Origin: Myxococcales bacterium
GTDB taxonomy: Bacteria > Myxococcota_A > Polyangia > Polyangiales > Houyiibacteriaceae
Assembly: GCA_019637115.1 (NCBI GenBank)
Contig: JAHBWH010000010.1
Coordinates: 18,494 to 82,493, forward strand
Direction: 5' to 3'
DNA: 64,000 nucleotides
Below, in pieces: positions 31,928-40,978 of this stretch (the stretch's first letter is position 1; every line of letters begins with the position of its first letter). The notes beneath the pieces were generated by a model. The model did no database searches. It saw nothing but the letters and a program-made list of their open reading frames with translations, and was not told the origin of the DNA. The translations under genes and the position numbers were made by a program.

Positions 31928-32140
31928 TCAGCGCACGAGCACGTAGCCGAAGCCGCGGGTGTTGCGCTCGCCTGCGTCCGGCGAGCAGAACGCCGCGTTG
32001 CCGACGCTGATGGTGGTGTCCTGACCGCAAGCGTCACCGGCGGTGCCGATGCCGATCCGCGAGTCCGGGCTGCCACAATCACCCTCCGCGTTCAGCGTGT
32101 ACCCGCTCCCGCACGAGCACGCGAACGACCCGCTCGCGAG
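31928..32140 (-). pseudogene. gene remnant: EGF-like fragment joined to a Cys-containing C-terminal domain
   Basis: GSFACSCGSGYTLNAEGDCGSPDSRIGIGTAGDACGQDTTISVGNAAFCSPDAGERNTRGFGYVLVR*; no plausible start of its own. Confidence 0.6.
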
Positions 32141-32398
32141 CTCCTTCTGCTCGCTCTGAGCGCTTCGTCGGGTGCGGCGATCGAGATGCGCCGCGGTAGG
32201 AGCCGCGCGCGTGGCCCGAAGGTGGGCTCGGTCATTTCCCTCTGTCTTCGTTCCCAGACGCCGTCCGCTTCCCGCGGGTCGGAAAGAGTGGGCTCGTCCG
32301 AGCACCTGGCGGGCTGCGCTCGCACCTGTCAGCACTCCCCCGACAAGCGGTACCCGGCGGTCGGGTATGCTCGGTCGACAATCGCGGTTGGGGGGACG

Positions 32399-34129
32399 AT
32401 GCGCACACAGATTCGTGTGATGGCGTGGATGACGGTGGTGTCCGTCGTCATGGCGTGTGGCGACGACGACGGGGATGGGGCGCGTGACGCGAGCGCGGGG
32501 ACGGACGCGCCCCTGGTCGCGTGCACGAGCGACGAAGCTTGTGACGACGGGCTCTACTGCACGGGCGCCGCGCGATGCCGCCCCAGCGACGAGGCCGCGG
32601 ACGCGCGAGGCTGCGTTCACGATCCCGCCCCGTGCCCTGGCCCATGCGACGAGCTCGAACGACGCTGCGGTGACGAGGAGTGCCCCGATGCCGACGGCGA
32701 CGGGTACAGGGACGCGCGCTGCGGCGGCGACGACTGCGACGACTCCCGCGCCGACGTGAACCCGGGAGCGGTCGAAGTCTGCGATCCCGAGCACGTGGAC
32801 GAGGACTGCGATCCGAGCACGATCGCGGGCGCGGAGGGAGACGTCGACATGGACGGGTTCGTCTCGACGCGTTGCTGCAACACGCAGGCGACGGGCGCGC
32901 TCCGTTGCGGCCTCGACTGCGACGACGCCCGCGCGGACGTGCACCCGGGCGCGCTCGACATCTGCAACGGACGTGACGACGACTGCGACGGCGTCATCGA
33001 CGAAGATCCCAACCGGACGTTCTACGAGGACGTCGACGGCGACAGCTACGGGGTCGAGTCGAACGTGCTGGTGGCTTGTTCGGCGCCCCCGGGATACGCG
33101 GTCATGCCGGGTGATTGCAACGACATGGATCGGCACATCCACCCCGCGGCGACCGAGATCTGCGACGGCGTCGACAACAACTGCAGCGGCACGATCGACG
33201 ACGCCCCCAGCGGCTGCGCGTGCCTCGACGCCAGCTCGATCGCGTGCGGGTCGACGTCCAACGTGGGAGCGTGCCGCATCGGCTCGCAGAGCTGCGTCAG
33301 CGGCGTGTGGCAGCCTTGCGTGGGCGCGCAGGGGCCCGAGCCCGAACGATGCTCCGGACAGGACGACGACTGCGACGGGCTCGTCGACGACGAGGACCCC
33401 GACGTCGCCGCGGGCGACGCGACGCGGACCGGCGCGCGCCGTTACTACCGCGACGCGGACGGTGATGGCCACGGAGACCCGACGATGAGCCAGCTCCGTT
33501 GCGCCCCGCTCGCGGGCTGGGTGCTCCTCGGCGACGACTGTGACGACTCCAACCCCGCCGTGTCGCCTTCGAACAGCGAGAGCTCGTTCCCGTGCGACGG
33601 CATCGACAACGACTGCGACGGACGAATCGACGAGGCGAGCAGCACGACCCGCAGCTGCTACCGCGACGCGGACGGGGACGGCTACGGCGTGACGGCGGAC
33701 GTCGTCGTCACGACCGCCTGCGCGTGCCCCGCCGGGAGGGTGACGAACCCGGGAGATTGCGTCGACAACACCAGCACCTGGAGCGCGTCGATTCACCCTG
33801 GCGCGACGACCTACCGCTCGCACGCGCACTGCAACGGCGGCATGCCGTGCACGCGGACCAACGGCCGCGACGGCTGCGTGCACCCGCTCACCGGGAGCTG
33901 CTCGAACCCAGCGAGCTTCGACTGGGACTGCGACGGCCAAGCGACTCCTCAGCCGCCGCTCGTCTGTCCCGCTACGCTCTGTCGGGGACGGCGCGGACCG
34001 ACGACGACACACCCCGCCACCAGCGCGACCGATCCCAACACCGCGTGCGGGACCCAAGTCGGGTTCTCCGGCTGCACGTTCTCGTGCGTCGCAGAGCCGA
34101 CGGATCCGGATCGGCTCCCCTGTCGATGA
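32399..34129 (+). CDS. Cys/Asp-rich lipoprotein with putative metal-binding (MopE-type) repeats
   Basis: VMAC lipobox; repeated DCDD...VxPGAxExCDGxDNDCDGxIDE and YxDADGDGYG units. Confidence 0.9.
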   Translation: MRTQIRVMAWMTVVSVVMACGDDDGDGARDASAGTDAPLVACTSDEACDDGLYCTGAARCRPSDEAADARGCVHDPAPCPGPCDELERRCGDEECPDADGDGYRDARCGGDDCDDSRADVNPGAVEVCDPEHVDEDCDPSTIAGAEGDVDMDGFVSTRCCNTQATGALRCGLDCDDARADVHPGALDICNGRDDDCDGVIDEDPNRTFYEDVDGDSYGVESNVLVACSAPPGYAVMPGDCNDMDRHIHPAATEICDGVDNNCSGTIDDAPSGCACLDASSIACGSTSNVGACRIGSQSCVSGVWQPCVGAQGPEPERCSGQDDDCDGLVDDEDPDVAAGDATRTGARRYYRDADGDGHGDPTMSQLRCAPLAGWVLLGDDCDDSNPAVSPSNSESSFPCDGIDNDCDGRIDEASSTTRSCYRDADGDGYGVTADVVVTTACACPAGRVTNPGDCVDNTSTWSASIHPGATTYRSHAHCNGGMPCTRTNGRDGCVHPLTGSCSNPASFDWDCDGQATPQPPLVCPATLCRGRRGPTTTHPATSATDPNTACGTQVGFSGCTFSCVAEPTDPDRLPCR

Positions 34130-34217
34130 CCGTAGGCCCGCGAGTGCGGCCGCACCACGTCGTCCCCGCCGACCCGAGGCGTGCGGATGGGTTCGGGGGT
34201 TACACTCTGAACTCTCC

Positions 34218-34829
34218 GTGACGCAGATCTCCGACGCATCCGTGTACCTGCTCTTGGGCGCCCTCGCCGTGGGGGCGCTCGTCGGGCTCGCGGCGCTCGC
34301 TCACGCGCTCTACCGCACTCGGAGGCGCCCGCTCGGACCGCTCGCGCGGCTCCTCGTATGCGCGCTGGTGCCCGCGTTCGCCGCCGTGGCGGCCGCGCCG
34401 CTCCTCGTTGCGGCGGCGCGGGTCCCCTTCGGCCTCCTCGCCGCGCTCCTCGCGGTCTCCCTCGTGCTCGACGCGCGCCACCCGAACGAGGACGGACGCC
34501 CCGCCACCGCGCGCCGCGTCGCGGCCGGGGCCGCGATCATGCTCGCCGCGTTCCTGCTCACGCACACGCCGCTCGAGACGTGGTGGTTCGAGCGCACGTT
34601 CGACGCACGCGAGCACGAGCTGCAGGCGCGGCGTAGCTCACCCGAGCATCGCGCCCAGGTCGCGAGCGAGCTGGCGGCGTGCGCGGCCGAGGACGAGGAC
34701 GGGACCGCGTGCTTCGAGTACGGCTTCGGCTATCGGCAGGACGCGGATGCCGAGACCGCTCGGGTCTTCCTCGTCGCCGCGTGCGAGCGAGGCCACGAGA
34801 CCGCGTGCGCCTACGCGCAGGATCCTTGA
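34218..34829 (+). CDS. membrane protein with C-terminal Sel1-like helices
   Basis: About 4 TM segments, then AC...ACFEYG...ACERGHETAC. Confidence 0.65.
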   Translation: MTQISDASVYLLLGALAVGALVGLAALAHALYRTRRRPLGPLARLLVCALVPAFAAVAAAPLLVAAARVPFGLLAALLAVSLVLDARHPNEDGRPATARRVAAGAAIMLAAFLLTHTPLETWWFERTFDAREHELQARRSSPEHRAQVASELAACAAEDEDGTACFEYGFGYRQDADAETARVFLVAACERGHETACAYAQDP

Positions 34830-34906
34830 GCGTCGCGGCGCCCGTGTCTCGAGCCTTCGAAGGCAACTCCCGCCCTACCGAGGCGAAAAGGCTACGCTCC
34901 ACCCCG

Positions 34907-35563
34907 ATGGACCTGAGCGAGGCCGAAGCCGAGCAGACGCGACTCGCGGCGCGAGTCGAGGAGACCGATCGTCTCGGCGCCGTTCGACGCATCGCGGGGG
35001 CAGACGTCGCCTACGAGAAGGATGGTGACCGCTTCTTCGCGGCCGTCGTGGTGCTGGACGCGGAGTCGCTCGAGGTCGTCGAGATCGCCCGACACGAGGG
35101 CGTGGGGCCCTTCCCCTACGTCCCCGGTTTGCTCTCGTTCCGCGAGCTCCCCGCGCTCCTCCCATGCTTCGCGCGGCTCTCCGAGCCGGTCGATCTCGTG
35201 GTCTGCGACGGCAACGGGAGGCTCCATCCGCGCGGCTTCGGGATCGCTTGCCACCTCGGGGTGGCGCTCGATCTGCCAGCGATCGGATGCGCGAAGAACC
35301 TGCTCCTCGGAGAGGTCGGCGCGCTCGCGGAGGACCGAGGGGCGCAGGCGCCCATCGTGCTCGAGGGAAACGAACGTGGCCGCGCGCTCCGGACGCGCGA
35401 GGGCGTCAAGCCGGTCTACGTGTCGGTCGGGCATCGCGTCTCGCTGCCGACCGCGTGCGCCTGGGTGCTGCGACTGGCAGCGAGCTATCGCCTCCCCGAG
35501 ACCACACGCGCCGCAGACCACGAGGTGAACGAGTGGCGTCGTCGGCAGCTCGAGTCTGCCTGA
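34907..35563 (+). CDS. nfi: endonuclease V
   Basis: AGADVAY, FPYVPGLLSFRE, DGNGRLHPRGFGIACHLG, IGCAK, PVYVSVGH, YRLPETTRAAD. Confidence 0.95.
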   Translation: MDLSEAEAEQTRLAARVEETDRLGAVRRIAGADVAYEKDGDRFFAAVVVLDAESLEVVEIARHEGVGPFPYVPGLLSFRELPALLPCFARLSEPVDLVVCDGNGRLHPRGFGIACHLGVALDLPAIGCAKNLLLGEVGALAEDRGAQAPIVLEGNERGRALRTREGVKPVYVSVGHRVSLPTACAWVLRLAASYRLPETTRAADHEVNEWRRRQLESA

Positions 35564-35726
35564 TGGCGTCGAGAAGGTCTGGGCCTGAACGGAGAAGAGT
35601 CGCCGCGCCTCGCGCGGGAACGTTCGCGGCCAGAGCACGGGTCGTGCCTATCGCTCGGCGCGCTTGGCCCTTCGCCGAGACACCGATGGTAACGGTCTGG
35701 TGTGATCGCTCGACGCACCCGCACCC

Positions 35727-36764
35727 ATGAACGCCACCCGGATCGTCATCCACCGCGCGGGCTCCTACGAGCAGCTCCGCGTCGAATCTCACCCCGCCCC
35801 ACGCCCGAAAGCGGGAGAGGTCGCGATCGACGTGAAGGCGACGGGCGTGAACTACGCCGACGTGATCGTGCGGATGGGCCTCTACGCCTCGGCGAAGGAG
35901 CTCGTCGGGTGGCCGATCACCCCCGGCTTCGAGGTCGCTGGCGTCGTTCGCGAGCTCGGCGAGGGCGTGACCGACCTCGAGGTGGGCGACCGCGTCGTCG
36001 CCGGGCTGCTCTTCGGCGGCTACGCGAGCGCCGTCGTCGCGCCACGTCGCCAGGTGTGGCGGCTCCCCGACGCCCTCTCGTTCGAGGAGGGCGCGGGGAT
36101 CCCAGCCGTCTACCTCACGGGCTGGTTCGCGCTGCACTTCCTCGCGCACCCGCGTCGCGGCGACCGCGTGCTGGTCCACAGCGCCGCTGGCGGCGTCGGC
36201 TCGGTGCTCGTGCAGATGGCCAAGCGCCTCGGGTGTGAGGTGACGGGCGTGGTCGGACGCGCCGAGAAGGTCGACGTCGCGCGCGAGCTCGGCTGCGACC
36301 ACGTCATCGACAAGTCGAGCGAGGACCTCTGGGCGCGCGCGAAGGCGATCTCGGCGCGAGGCTTCGACGTGGTCCTCGACGCGAACGGCGTCGAGACGCT
36401 CGCGAAGAGCTACGCCCACCTCCGCCCCGCCGGCAAGCTGGTGGTCTATGGATTCGCGACGATGATGCCGAAGACCGGAGGCAAACCAAGCTACCCGAAG
36501 CTCGCCCTCGACTGGCTTCGCACGCCGCGCTTCAACCCGCTCGATCTCACCAATCAGAGCAAGAGCGTGCTCGCGTTCAACCTGAGCTACCTCTTCGACC
36601 GGATGGACCTGCTCGGCGAGGCGATGGAGGACGTGCTGGCGTGGATCGCCCGCGGTGAGCTGAAGCCCCCCGCGACGACGACGTACCCCCTCGATCAGGT
36701 CGCCGAAGCCCACCGCCACATCGAGTCGGGCAAGAGCACCGGCAAGCTCATCCTCATCCCCTGA
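35727..36764 (+). CDS. VAT-1-like medium-chain dehydrogenase/reductase
   Basis: GVNYADVIVRMGLY, TPGFEVAG, VHSAAGGVG, GKSTGK. Confidence 0.9.
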   Translation: MNATRIVIHRAGSYEQLRVESHPAPRPKAGEVAIDVKATGVNYADVIVRMGLYASAKELVGWPITPGFEVAGVVRELGEGVTDLEVGDRVVAGLLFGGYASAVVAPRRQVWRLPDALSFEEGAGIPAVYLTGWFALHFLAHPRRGDRVLVHSAAGGVGSVLVQMAKRLGCEVTGVVGRAEKVDVARELGCDHVIDKSSEDLWARAKAISARGFDVVLDANGVETLAKSYAHLRPAGKLVVYGFATMMPKTGGKPSYPKLALDWLRTPRFNPLDLTNQSKSVLAFNLSYLFDRMDLLGEAMEDVLAWIARGELKPPATTTYPLDQVAEAHRHIESGKSTGKLILIP

Positions 36765-36844
36765 CCCAGAGGCAGGGCGAGCGCCTCCGCCAAGCTCGAC
36801 ATCGCGCGGGCAGAGGCGTTGCCCGCCCTTGGGCGTGACGGCAC

Positions 36845-36965
36845 GACAGCCGACGACGGTCGGTCGAGCCCTGGTCGACAGCCAGTCGAGACCTGGACGA
36901 CAGCCGGTGGACGACCACTCGAGACCTGGACGACAGCCGGTCGACGGGCTCGACGACCGCTCGAC
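36845..36965. repeat. degenerate intergenic tandem repeat, about 33-bp period
   Basis: tcgagacctggacgacagccggt at about 36886 and 36919, plus degenerate flanking copies. Confidence 0.75.
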
Positions 36966-37067
36966 CGCGGGTCGGCAAGGTCACCGGGGCGCCGTTGCGG
37001 GAACGATTACAGGAGTCCCCTCCCGGCGCCTTCCACCGTGGGTCACCGCGCTGGTATCGTATCGCGG

Positions 37068-38381
37068 ATGTCCAAGCCGCCGCGCTCCGCGTTGGGGAAG
37101 CTCAACCAGCTCACCGAGTCCCACGGAGAGCTCCGACGCGGCAAGGGCATGGTGAGCGGCGTCGTCGCGCTCTCGCTCGCGATGCTCTCGCTGCTCGCGG
37201 TGATCGGCTTCCACTTCCCCGCGTACACGAGCACACCCGAGCTGCGGGCGATGTACGACGTCACGACGCTCCGCTACCTCCTCTTCGGCGGGATGCTGAT
37301 CTCGGGCATGACCGCCGCGCTCAACCTCGTGCTGGGCCGCGCGCGCTGGCTCTCGGCCGGCGCGTTCGCGTTCCTCGGGGTCGCGCAGCTCCTCGGTGGC
37401 CCGACCGTGCCCATCGGCGACTTCGCCGACGACACGCCCTACATCGGCCTCGACTTCTTCATCCTCGACCTGCTCGGCTCGACGCTCGTCTTCGTGCTCA
37501 TCGAGAAGCTCGTCCCGCTGCGGCGCGAGCAGCCGGTCTTCCGCGCGGAGTGGCAGACGGACCTGCAGCACTTCTTCGTCAACCACCTCTCGGTCGGGCT
37601 CGTGCTCATCGTCGTCAACCGGATCGTGCAAGGCGCGTTCGGTTGGGCCGAGAGCGACACCGTCCGAGGCTTCGTCCAGGGCTTGCCCTTCCTGCCGGCG
37701 CTGCTGCTCTGCGTCCTCGTCGCGGACCTCGCCCAATACTGGCTCCATCGCGCCTACCACGAAGTCCCGCTGCTCTGGCGCTTCCACTCGGTGCATCACA
37801 GCGCGAAGTCGATGGATTGGCTCGCCGGCTCGCGCCAGCACATCTTCGAGCTGATCCTCACACGCGTCCTCGTGCTCGGCCCGATCTTCGTGCTCGGCTT
37901 CTCGCAGCGCGTCGTCGACGCCTACGTGATCGTCGTCGGCTTCCAAGCGGTCTTCAACCACGCCAACGTCAGCGTCCGGCTCGGGCCCCTGCGCTACGTG
38001 ATCGTGACCCCGAACTTCCACCACTGGCACCACTCGCGCGACACCGAGGCCATCGACAAGAACTACGCCGCGCACTTCGCGTTCCTCGACTACCTCTTCG
38101 GCACGGCCGTGACCGCGAACCGGACGTGGCCCGATCGCTACGGCGTCGTCGGCGACTACGTGCCCGACGGGTTCTTTCGCCAGTTCTGGTTTCCGTTCGG
38201 CGGCTCCACCGAGAGCCAAGAGGAGCGACGCCTCTCGAAGCTCCCGGTACCGGCGGACGAACCAGCCGAGCCCAGCGCGGTCGACGTCCACGGCCAAGCG
38301 GGCGATGGCCTCTCCTCCGGCTCGACGCACGAACCACTCCCGAGCGTCGCGCCCTCCGTCTCGAGCCCCGCTCCGGAGTGA
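37068..38381 (+). CDS. sterol desaturase / fatty acid hydroxylase superfamily membrane di-iron enzyme
   Basis: His boxes HRAYH, HSVHH, FNHAN, HHWHH; KNYA...DYLFGT. Confidence 0.9.
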   Translation: MSKPPRSALGKLNQLTESHGELRRGKGMVSGVVALSLAMLSLLAVIGFHFPAYTSTPELRAMYDVTTLRYLLFGGMLISGMTAALNLVLGRARWLSAGAFAFLGVAQLLGGPTVPIGDFADDTPYIGLDFFILDLLGSTLVFVLIEKLVPLRREQPVFRAEWQTDLQHFFVNHLSVGLVLIVVNRIVQGAFGWAESDTVRGFVQGLPFLPALLLCVLVADLAQYWLHRAYHEVPLLWRFHSVHHSAKSMDWLAGSRQHIFELILTRVLVLGPIFVLGFSQRVVDAYVIVVGFQAVFNHANVSVRLGPLRYVIVTPNFHHWHHSRDTEAIDKNYAAHFAFLDYLFGTAVTANRTWPDRYGVVGDYVPDGFFRQFWFPFGGSTESQEERRLSKLPVPADEPAEPSAVDVHGQAGDGLSSGSTHEPLPSVAPSVSSPAPE

Positions 38382-38667
38382 TCGCGGGGTGGATCCTGCT
38401 GGAGCTCGCGCAGACGCGGCGGCCGCTCATCGTGGGCGTCCTCGAGCTCTTCTCCTGAGGCGCAGTCGGAGCTTCGATGTCTGCTACCCACGGTGCGTGC
38501 CGTGAACGCTCGCGAGCAAGAGCGCCCTCCTCCGCCCTGCGCCCCGAGGTGCCGTGGTCGACAAGGCCAACGTCCCGTAGGCGCGACGCAGCGGTGACGC
38601 CAAGCGTAGTGGCGCGAAGCGCGGTCTCTGACGATGGATTGGCGCCTTCGTCAAGGACGCGAGTGCC

Positions 38668-38776
38668 CAGCACTCGCGCGACACCGAAGCCAGCGACGAG
38701 AACGACGCCGCGCAGTTCGCCTTCCTCGACGACCTCGTCGGCACGGCCGTGACCGCGGACCGAACGAGACCCGACG
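38668..38776 (+). pseudogene. decayed ~108-bp copy of the desaturase segment 38028-38136
   Basis: Ungapped alignment with about 14 substitutions: cagcactcgcgcgacaccgaagccagcgacgagaacgacgcc... vs caccactcgcgcgacaccgaggccatcgacaagaactacgcc... Confidence 0.85.
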
Positions 38777-38787
38777 CGAACCGCACG

Positions 38788-39756
38788 TCAGCGCCAGCGC
38801 GCGAGGAACGCGATCAGGTCCTCGCGCTCGGCTTCGTGGAGCGCCTCCACGCCTGGGTGGGGCGCGCGCCCCGCGCAGCCGACGAGCACCGCGTGTAACG
38901 TCGGCGCGCATCCGTCGTGGAGGTAGGGGGCGCGCTGGCCGACCCCCGTCAGAAGCGGCACCTGAAGCATCTCGGCGTCGACGACCGCCGCCTCGCGGCG
39001 TGTCCCCAGCGGCCCCGCGTGGCAGACGGCGCAGCCGGCCTGGTCGAAGACCTCCGCGCCGCGGGTGGCCGCCGCGGCGTCGGAGGCGGTCGCGATGGCC
39101 GGGAGCGCGTCGAGCCAAGCGCCGAGCGCGTCCACCTCGGCGTCGGACACGCGATGTCCGCCCATCTGTCGCTCGAAGGTATCCGTCATCACCTGCGCCA
39201 AGCTCCGGATCTCACCGCGCCAGTGAAACGGAGCCGTCGACGAGATCCCTCCGACGAGCGAGTGTGTGCGGCGCGGACCTTCTCCGAAGTCCCACGTCAG
39301 TCCGTCGTCTCGACCCTCGGGGTGACACGACGCGCAAGCGACCCCGCTGCTCGGGACGTCGTGGAAGAGCGCGTGCCCAACGTCGGAGCCTCGGGCAGCG
39401 TCGAGCCAGACCCGACGTCGCTCGATCCCGTCGGCGTCGACGAGGGTCAGTGAGGCAGCGCGCGACGCGAAGGCGATCCACGACTCGCCCAGACGATCGC
39501 GCGCCGAATCGGCGACCCAGACCAGGTCCTCGTGCACCAGCATGTGGCCGCCGCTGATCGGCGGCGGAGGCGGACGGTGGATCGTGACACCACCATCGCG
39601 TGCGACCGCCGCTTCGCCCGCGCCCACCTCGCCTCCGTCGGCGTCGGCGCGCTCGGAGCTCACCGCGTCGGGCTCGGCAGCCTCGGCGGCGTGGTCGGCA
39701 CAACCTGCTGCGAGAAGCCAAGCACAGACGAGCGCCGTCCCTGTTCGAGTCGCCAT
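38788..39756 (-). CDS. di-heme c-type cytochrome lipoprotein (cytochrome c peroxidase-like), possibly internally shortened
   Basis: RBS GGAGG; LAAGC lipobox; CASCH and CAVCH; TAPFHWRG, APYLHDG. Confidence 0.8.
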   Translation of the reverse strand: MATRTGTALVCAWLLAAGCADHAAEAAEPDAVSSERADADGGEVGAGEAAVARDGGVTIHRPPPPPISGGHMLVHEDLVWVADSARDRLGESWIAFASRAASLTLVDADGIERRRVWLDAARGSDVGHALFHDVPSSGVACASCHPEGRDDGLTWDFGEGPRRTHSLVGGISSTAPFHWRGEIRSLAQVMTDTFERQMGGHRVSDAEVDALGAWLDALPAIATASDAAAATRGAEVFDQAGCAVCHAGPLGTRREAAVVDAEMLQVPLLTGVGQRAPYLHDGCAPTLHAVLVGCAGRAPHPGVEALHEAEREDLIAFLARWR

Positions 39757-39978
39757 CGTCCCTCCGAAGGAGTGTCGTCCGCTGCGGAGCGACTTTCCAT
39801 GGGGGCCCAACCTTCGTGCCCGCAGTTTCCCGCGCGCCGGACAGATCTCGAGCCCGTGCGGACGCTCGAGGAGCGTAGCGCCCTCCGTTTGTGGCCCGAC
39901 GCTCGCGTGGGGCGCGTCGTGACCGTGGCGGCGGACCGCACGGTCATGTCGACGGTGCTCGTCCGTCGTCGGCTGGGC

Positions 39979-40671
39979 TCACGCGCGAAGACGTCGGGCG
40001 ATCAGCGCGCGCAGCTCCTCCCCGTCGCCCACGTCGTAGGGCGTGCCGTGCGAGGGGAGGATCCGCGCGGGGCGCTCCTCGTCGAGGGTGCGCTCGAGCC
40101 ACGCGCGGAAGGCCGCGCGGTCCTCGAGACCGAGCCAGTCGAACGTCGCGCCGATGCAGAGCCCTGGCGCGGTCGAGAGCCACCTCAACATCACACCGCG
40201 CGCCCCCTTCAGCGGCCGGGTCTCGTGGAAGAGCGCGTCGCAGATGATCCACGTGCGGGCGCCATCGACGTCGAGCGAGAGCCACGCCTCGCCGTTCTTC
40301 GTCCCCGCGGGCACGAGGAAGCGCGCGCCCGGCGGTAGGCGCTCGGCCGCAGCGTCGATCGGCGCGAGGCCCACGTGACCCTTCTTGCGCAGTCGCGCGC
40401 TCGCACGCTCCGACGCGACCACGGCCGCCTGCGGGAAGCGCTCGCGGTACGCCGGCAGCCCGAGGTGGTGGAAGTGGTTGGGCGCGAAGAGCACCTCGAC
40501 GTCGCCGAGCCCGGCGAGCTGCTCGAGCAATTCCGTCCCGAGGCGCGTCGGGCTGTGGACGAGCAGCCCACCGCTCGCGAGCCGCGCGACGTACATCCCG
40601 TTGTGCCAACCGAAACCGAGATCCTTCTCGGCGTGCCAGAGCCCATCCCCGAGCGCCGTCAGCGTCGCCAT
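39979..40671 (-). CDS. DUF4336-like (metallo-beta-lactamase-like fold) protein
   Basis: RLASGGLLVHSP, APNHFHHLGL, ICDAL, ILPSHG. Confidence 0.8.
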   Translation of the reverse strand: MATLTALGDGLWHAEKDLGFGWHNGMYVARLASGGLLVHSPTRLGTELLEQLAGLGDVEVLFAPNHFHHLGLPAYRERFPQAAVVASERASARLRKKGHVGLAPIDAAAERLPPGARFLVPAGTKNGEAWLSLDVDGARTWIICDALFHETRPLKGARGVMLRWLSTAPGLCIGATFDWLGLEDRAAFRAWLERTLDEERPARILPSHGTPYDVGDGEELRALIARRLRA

Positions 40672-40978
40672 GACACGAGCGTACGCGCTTCTTGCACGAC
40701 GAAGCCACCTCAGCGAGCGCCCCGACCGCGGAGCCGAGCAGAAGCGATGATGCGAGGGACCCACCGCGACTCCGGTAGGCGTGCTTGCCCACGCGGTCTC
40801 GTCGCGCATACTGGAGGCTCAATCGCGGCATCGGAGACGCTGCGCGGGAGCGGGGAGTGATCGAAGGTCGGCGGGTAGGGGGCGAGACCGACACGGTCGA
40901 GGTCGCGGCGAGGCAGGTCACCTGCTGCCGTCCCGGCAAGCGACACCACCTCTCCGCCCAACCGACGGCCGCACCCAC

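Noticed and set aside
37068-38381. Desaturase as part of the sterol pathway (Erg3/Erg25)
   Set aside because: About 9 kb away on the opposite strand; the superfamily is broad and His boxes do not define the substrate.
38378-38458. 26-codon ORF overlapping the desaturase stop (VIAGWILLELAQTRRPLIVGVLELFS)
   Set aside because: Too short to support without homology or expression data.
38028-38776. Diversity-generating retroelement TR/VR pair
   Set aside because: Mismatches are not confined to adenines on either strand and no reverse transcriptase is present.
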